Part shown: positions 60,601-64,000 of the stretch, piece after piece
How positions within the stretch are numbered: the stretch's first letter is position 1
How the letters are laid out: every line of letters begins with the position of its first letter
From: Longimicrobiales bacterium
GTDB lineage: Bacteria > Gemmatimonadota > Gemmatimonadetes > Longimicrobiales > Gaopeijiaceae
NCBI GenBank assembly: GCA_965226375.1
Contig: CBDDCX010000008.1
Span: 2,112,001 to 2,176,000, forward strand
DNA: 64,000 nucleotides
Reading direction: 5' to 3'
Program-made: the position numbers and the translations under genes
The notes under the pieces: model-generated
Database searches by the model: none
What the model was told of the DNA's origin: nothing
Seen by the model: only the letters and a program-made list of their open reading frames with translations

Positions 60601-60945
60601 CTACTCGCTCGCCTGAGCGGCCAGCCCCGCGAGCTTGGACTCCAACCCCTCGGCCATGCTGGCCAACGTATCGTAGGAGCGTTTGAGAGCCTCCGCCCCC
60701 TGAGGCTCGAGATCGTAGTATTTCCGGCGGCGTCCACCTCGAGCCGGCGTGGTGTCGCCAACCCGGGACGCGACGAAGCCCCTCGACTCCAGGCGCTCCA
60801 ACGCGGTGTACACCGCTCCGGGAGACACCTGCCGCCCCGTGCGCTGCCCGATGGCCTGCCGGATGGACACCCCGTGGGCGTCGGCCTCGAGCTCCAGGAG
60901 GGCGAACATCACCAGCTGCTCGAATTCCCCGAGATGCTTGCTCAC
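60601..60945 (-). CDS. PadR-family regulator
   Basis: LGEFEQLVMFAL, GAVYTALERLE, GGRRRKYY. Confidence 0.92.
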   Translation of the reverse strand: MSKHLGEFEQLVMFALLELEADAHGVSIRQAIGQRTGRQVSPGAVYTALERLESRGFVASRVGDTTPARGGRRRKYYDLEPQGAEALKRSYDTLASMAEGLESKLAGLAAQASE

Positions 60946-60968
60946 AGCTACTCCCTCCGCTTGCGGTA

Positions 60969-61004
60969 ACTACAGTGTAGGTGACACGATTACCACACTG
61001 TAGT
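60969..61004. promoter_or_regulatory. Putative PadR operator
   Basis: ACTACAGTGT-N16-ACACTGTAGT perfect 10-bp inverted repeat upstream of padR. Confidence 0.65.
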
Positions 61005-61204
61005 GATTGCTAGAGCGGAAGTCAACGGTCGTCGTCCGCTATACGTATTAGTGAGCTGCCCCTGGACTATCATTCAGAAAACTATAATTTATACGCACCG
61101 ATCAATAGCTAAGGGTTCTGTCGGGGGTTGGGGTGTCGGGTCATAGGGGCGCGGTCATCCATTCGCAATCACTCGCTGACGACCCCTACGACCTGGAGAC
61201 TCCT

Positions 61205-62752
61205 GTGCGACATCTACCGATTTCGGCTTCGCTGCTCACCTTTCTCGCCTTCTTGCTCCCAACTCCCGCCGTCTCGGTGCAAATCACCCAAGAGGGAGTG
61301 AATCGCGCCGACGCTACAATTACCTCATCCGACGTAGCCCAGCACATTGGCGTGATAGCGCACGACTCGATGCTGGGGCGTACGACTCCTTCCGCCGAGT
61401 TGAATCAGGTCGCCGCTTACGTCGCCGGACGCTTCGGGGATCTCGGGCTTCTTCCCCGGGGGGACGGCGACACGTTCCTGCAGGAGTACTCGATCCGCAT
61501 GACCCGCCTGCAGGACGACAAGGTCGGCGTCCAGGTCGGCGGACGAGCACTGAGCGTGGATGGGGAGATCCGCCTGGTTTTCCCCAACGACCCCACCGAA
61601 GCCATTACGGGCGACGTCGTGCTGGTTCGGGGCTCCGCTGCGGCCGGCCTGCCCAAGGCATCCGTCGCGGATAAGATCGTACTCGTCGTGCTCCCTTCAC
61701 CCTCAGGTGCACTCTTTCCAGAGTTGTCCGTGAACATGCCGGCCCTGGCCTCTCAAAGTCCGACAGCCGTCATCATCATCACGGATCGGGAGGCTTCGCT
61801 CTTCGCCGATAGTCGCACCACGTTCCAGCTCGACATCCCACAACCGACGTGGGAGGTGAGCAGCCCCTTCCGGTTCCCCCTATTCGAGACTCGCCGTGAG
61901 ATCCTCGACGAGGTGCTCTCGGGCCACGGGGTCGATCTGGAGCGCGCATTCGCCGAGTCGGGACAGGCGATGACCGTCACTCCGCTCCCGGATCTACAGG
62001 TTGATATCCGATTGCCGCGAGAAGTAGAGAGCACCGAGACCGCGCCCAACGTGGTAGGTGTGTGGCAAGGCAGCGATCCCAAGCTGCGTGACGAGTACGT
62101 CGTACTGAGCGCACACATGGACCACATCGGTGTCGGACCGCCGAAGGCCAGCGGCGACAGCATCTACAACGGCGCCGATGACGACGCCTCAGGAGTGGCG
62201 GCGATCCTGGAGATCGCCGAGGCGTTCGTGGCACTGGGGGTGGCACCCCGGCGGTCGATCATCTTCCTGGCGGTAAGCGGAGAGGAGCAAGGGCTCTGGG
62301 GAAGCGACTTCTTCGCTTCACACTCACCCGTTCCAATGGGGGACATAGTGGCCGATCTCAATCTGGACATGATCGGACGCAACTCACCGGATACCATCGT
62401 GGCCATCGGTCCCGAGCACTCCGACCTGGGCGCGACACTGAGCGACGTCGTGGGACGGCACCCTGAGTTCGGACTCACGGCCATCGATGACCCCTGGCCC
62501 GCAGAACAGCTCTTCTTCCGTTCGGACCACTTCAACTTCGCGCGCTTAGGCGTCCCGATCCTCTTTCTTACCAGCGGAACTCACGAAGACTACCATCAGG
62601 TGACTGATGAGTTGATCAACCTGGATACAGACAAGGTGAGCCGCGTGGCCCGCCTGATGTTTCACATGGCGATGGCGGTTGCCCAGATCACCGAACGACC
62701 CGAGTGGAACGAAGAGAGCTATCGGACGATCGTGGCAGGCGGGGGGCAGTGA
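61205..62752 (+). CDS. M28-family metallopeptidase, secreted
   Basis: SAHMDHIG, NGADDDASG, GEEQGLWGS, NLDMIGR, RSDHFNF, DYHQVTD. Confidence 0.92.
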   Translation: MRHLPISASLLTFLAFLLPTPAVSVQITQEGVNRADATITSSDVAQHIGVIAHDSMLGRTTPSAELNQVAAYVAGRFGDLGLLPRGDGDTFLQEYSIRMTRLQDDKVGVQVGGRALSVDGEIRLVFPNDPTEAITGDVVLVRGSAAAGLPKASVADKIVLVVLPSPSGALFPELSVNMPALASQSPTAVIIITDREASLFADSRTTFQLDIPQPTWEVSSPFRFPLFETRREILDEVLSGHGVDLERAFAESGQAMTVTPLPDLQVDIRLPREVESTETAPNVVGVWQGSDPKLRDEYVVLSAHMDHIGVGPPKASGDSIYNGADDDASGVAAILEIAEAFVALGVAPRRSIIFLAVSGEEQGLWGSDFFASHSPVPMGDIVADLNLDMIGRNSPDTIVAIGPEHSDLGATLSDVVGRHPEFGLTAIDDPWPAEQLFFRSDHFNFARLGVPILFLTSGTHEDYHQVTDELINLDTDKVSRVARLMFHMAMAVAQITERPEWNEESYRTIVAGGGQ

Positions 62753-62815
62753 CGGCACAGACCAGACGGGGGCTGAACGCCGAATACCGGCCGGCCGGCG
62801 CAGGTTTGGGTGCGT

Positions 62816-64000
62816 TCAGCGTCCCAGCCGAACAGCCCGTCCACCGACCATCACGAAGCGAACTCGCTGCAGCGCCTCGATTTCCCCGGCGGGGTCACCG
62901 TCCACCGCAATGATGTCGGCCATCATACCGACGGCGATGGTCCCGATGTCCGCCGACATGCCCAGGGACTCTGCCGCCAGCGACGTGGCCGACGTGACGG
63001 CGTCCAGAGCGGACTGTCCTCCCTGGTGCACTCGGTAGATCAGCTCCTCCACGTTGCGGCCGTGTGCGCCGGCGACCGCGTCGGTGCCGAAGACCGTCTT
63101 GAGACCCGGAACGGCCAGCGCCGTCCGGAAGGCCTCGAGAGCGCTGGGAACCGCGTCGCGCATCTGCTGAAACCCTTCTTCAGTGTAGCCCCCGATGCCG
63201 ATGTAACGGTCCTGGTTGTCGAAGTAGTTCTGGAAGATCAGATGGATGTTGGGGTCGTAGAACGTACCTCGCTCGGCCATCAGCTCGAGCGTGGGGCGGT
63301 CCAGGAGCGCTCCGTGCTCGATGGTGGTGCACCCTGCTGATGTGGCACGCCTGGCGCTCTCGGGGCCATGCGCATGGACGACCGCACGAAGCCCCCGCAC
63401 CTCAGCCTCACCACACGCCGCGTCGAGCTGATCCTGGCTCATTGTCGGACCGCCACCGGTCCGGATGCTCTCCGAGCCGAAGATCTTGATGACGTGGGCG
63501 CCTCGGTCGGCAAAGTCCCTACAGCCGCCCGCAGCTCATCCGGTCCACCCGTGCGAGCAGACACCGAACCGAGAGACGTCAGTACGCGAGGACCCGGGAG
63601 GATTCCTCGGCCCAGGGCCCGAACGACCGGGCCGTCCTCAACGCCTCCAAGCGACTGGACCGTCGTAAACCCGGCCTCGAGCATCCGATATGCGTTCTCG
63701 GTGGCGCGCAAAACACGGTCCGGCATCTCGGTGTCCCGCGCCAGTCGCCCATCCGGCCCGAAGTGCCAACCAAGGTGCACGTGCGTATCGATCAGCCCCG
63801 GAAGCACGGTATAGCTCCGGAGGTCGTGTACTCGATCGCCGCTTGCCTGACCAGGGGCGACGATCTCGGCGATTCTTCCATTGCGGACCACGATGTCCCG
63901 GTCTTCCAATACTCCACCGCGCCCGTCGAGCATGCGTGAGGTTCGGAGGACCGTGACGACCTCCTGCGCGAAGGCCGGGCTTGGGATACAGCCCGAGAAG
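62816..64000 (-). CDS. Metal-dependent amidohydrolase (Xaa-Pro dipeptidase-like), 5'-partial, frameshift ~63518
   Basis: PGLIDTHVH in one frame, and VHAHG, IEHG, FGTDA, ADIIAVDGDP in the next. Confidence 0.8.

Noticed and set aside
61060..61090. Sigma-70 promoter for the M28 peptidase
   Set aside because: TATAAT is present at 61083-61088 but there is no -35 element at a suitable spacing, so support is too weak.
1..64000. Genome-wide reassignment of TGA (code 4 or 25)
   Set aside because: Many complete genes end in TGA, often in ATGA/GTGA overlaps. Only three Cys-aligned TGAs with hairpins need read-through.
1..64000. tRNA, rRNA, tRNA-Sec, sel genes, transposases or phage genes
   Set aside because: None recognised by eye. 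A tRNA/Rfam scan was not possible, so small RNAs could have been missed.

Overview
High-GC bacterial chromosomal window. The many ADOP-type permease/PadR pairs and exported hydrolases suggest a Gemmatimonadota- or Acidobacteriota-like genome (inference). Contents: the oleB-oleC-oleD olefin/beta-lactone genes with an Sfp-type PPTase; eight ADOP-type (duplicated MacB/FtsX) permease genes or fragments, five coupled to their own PadR regulator with distinct palindromic operators; a partial Tad/Flp pilus locus behind a sigma-54-type promoter; a 184-bp MITE with perfect 24-bp TIRs; and many peptidases and PLP enzymes. The main result is three probable selenoprotein genes that the ORF track splits at an in-frame TGA: a lipoprotein Prx/AhpC-like UxxC protein (37499-38119), an ArsM-like methyltransferase (49964-50755) and a MerB-like lyase (55887-56573). 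In each, the TGA sits where the family has a catalytic Cys, and a SECIS-like hairpin follows 17-21 nt downstream. The window also has about six single-base frameshifts and about six abrupt gene-fragment junctions, so it is probably an error-prone or mosaic assembly, and long-range synteny should be treated cautiously. Family assignments come from motif recognition; no database searches were run.
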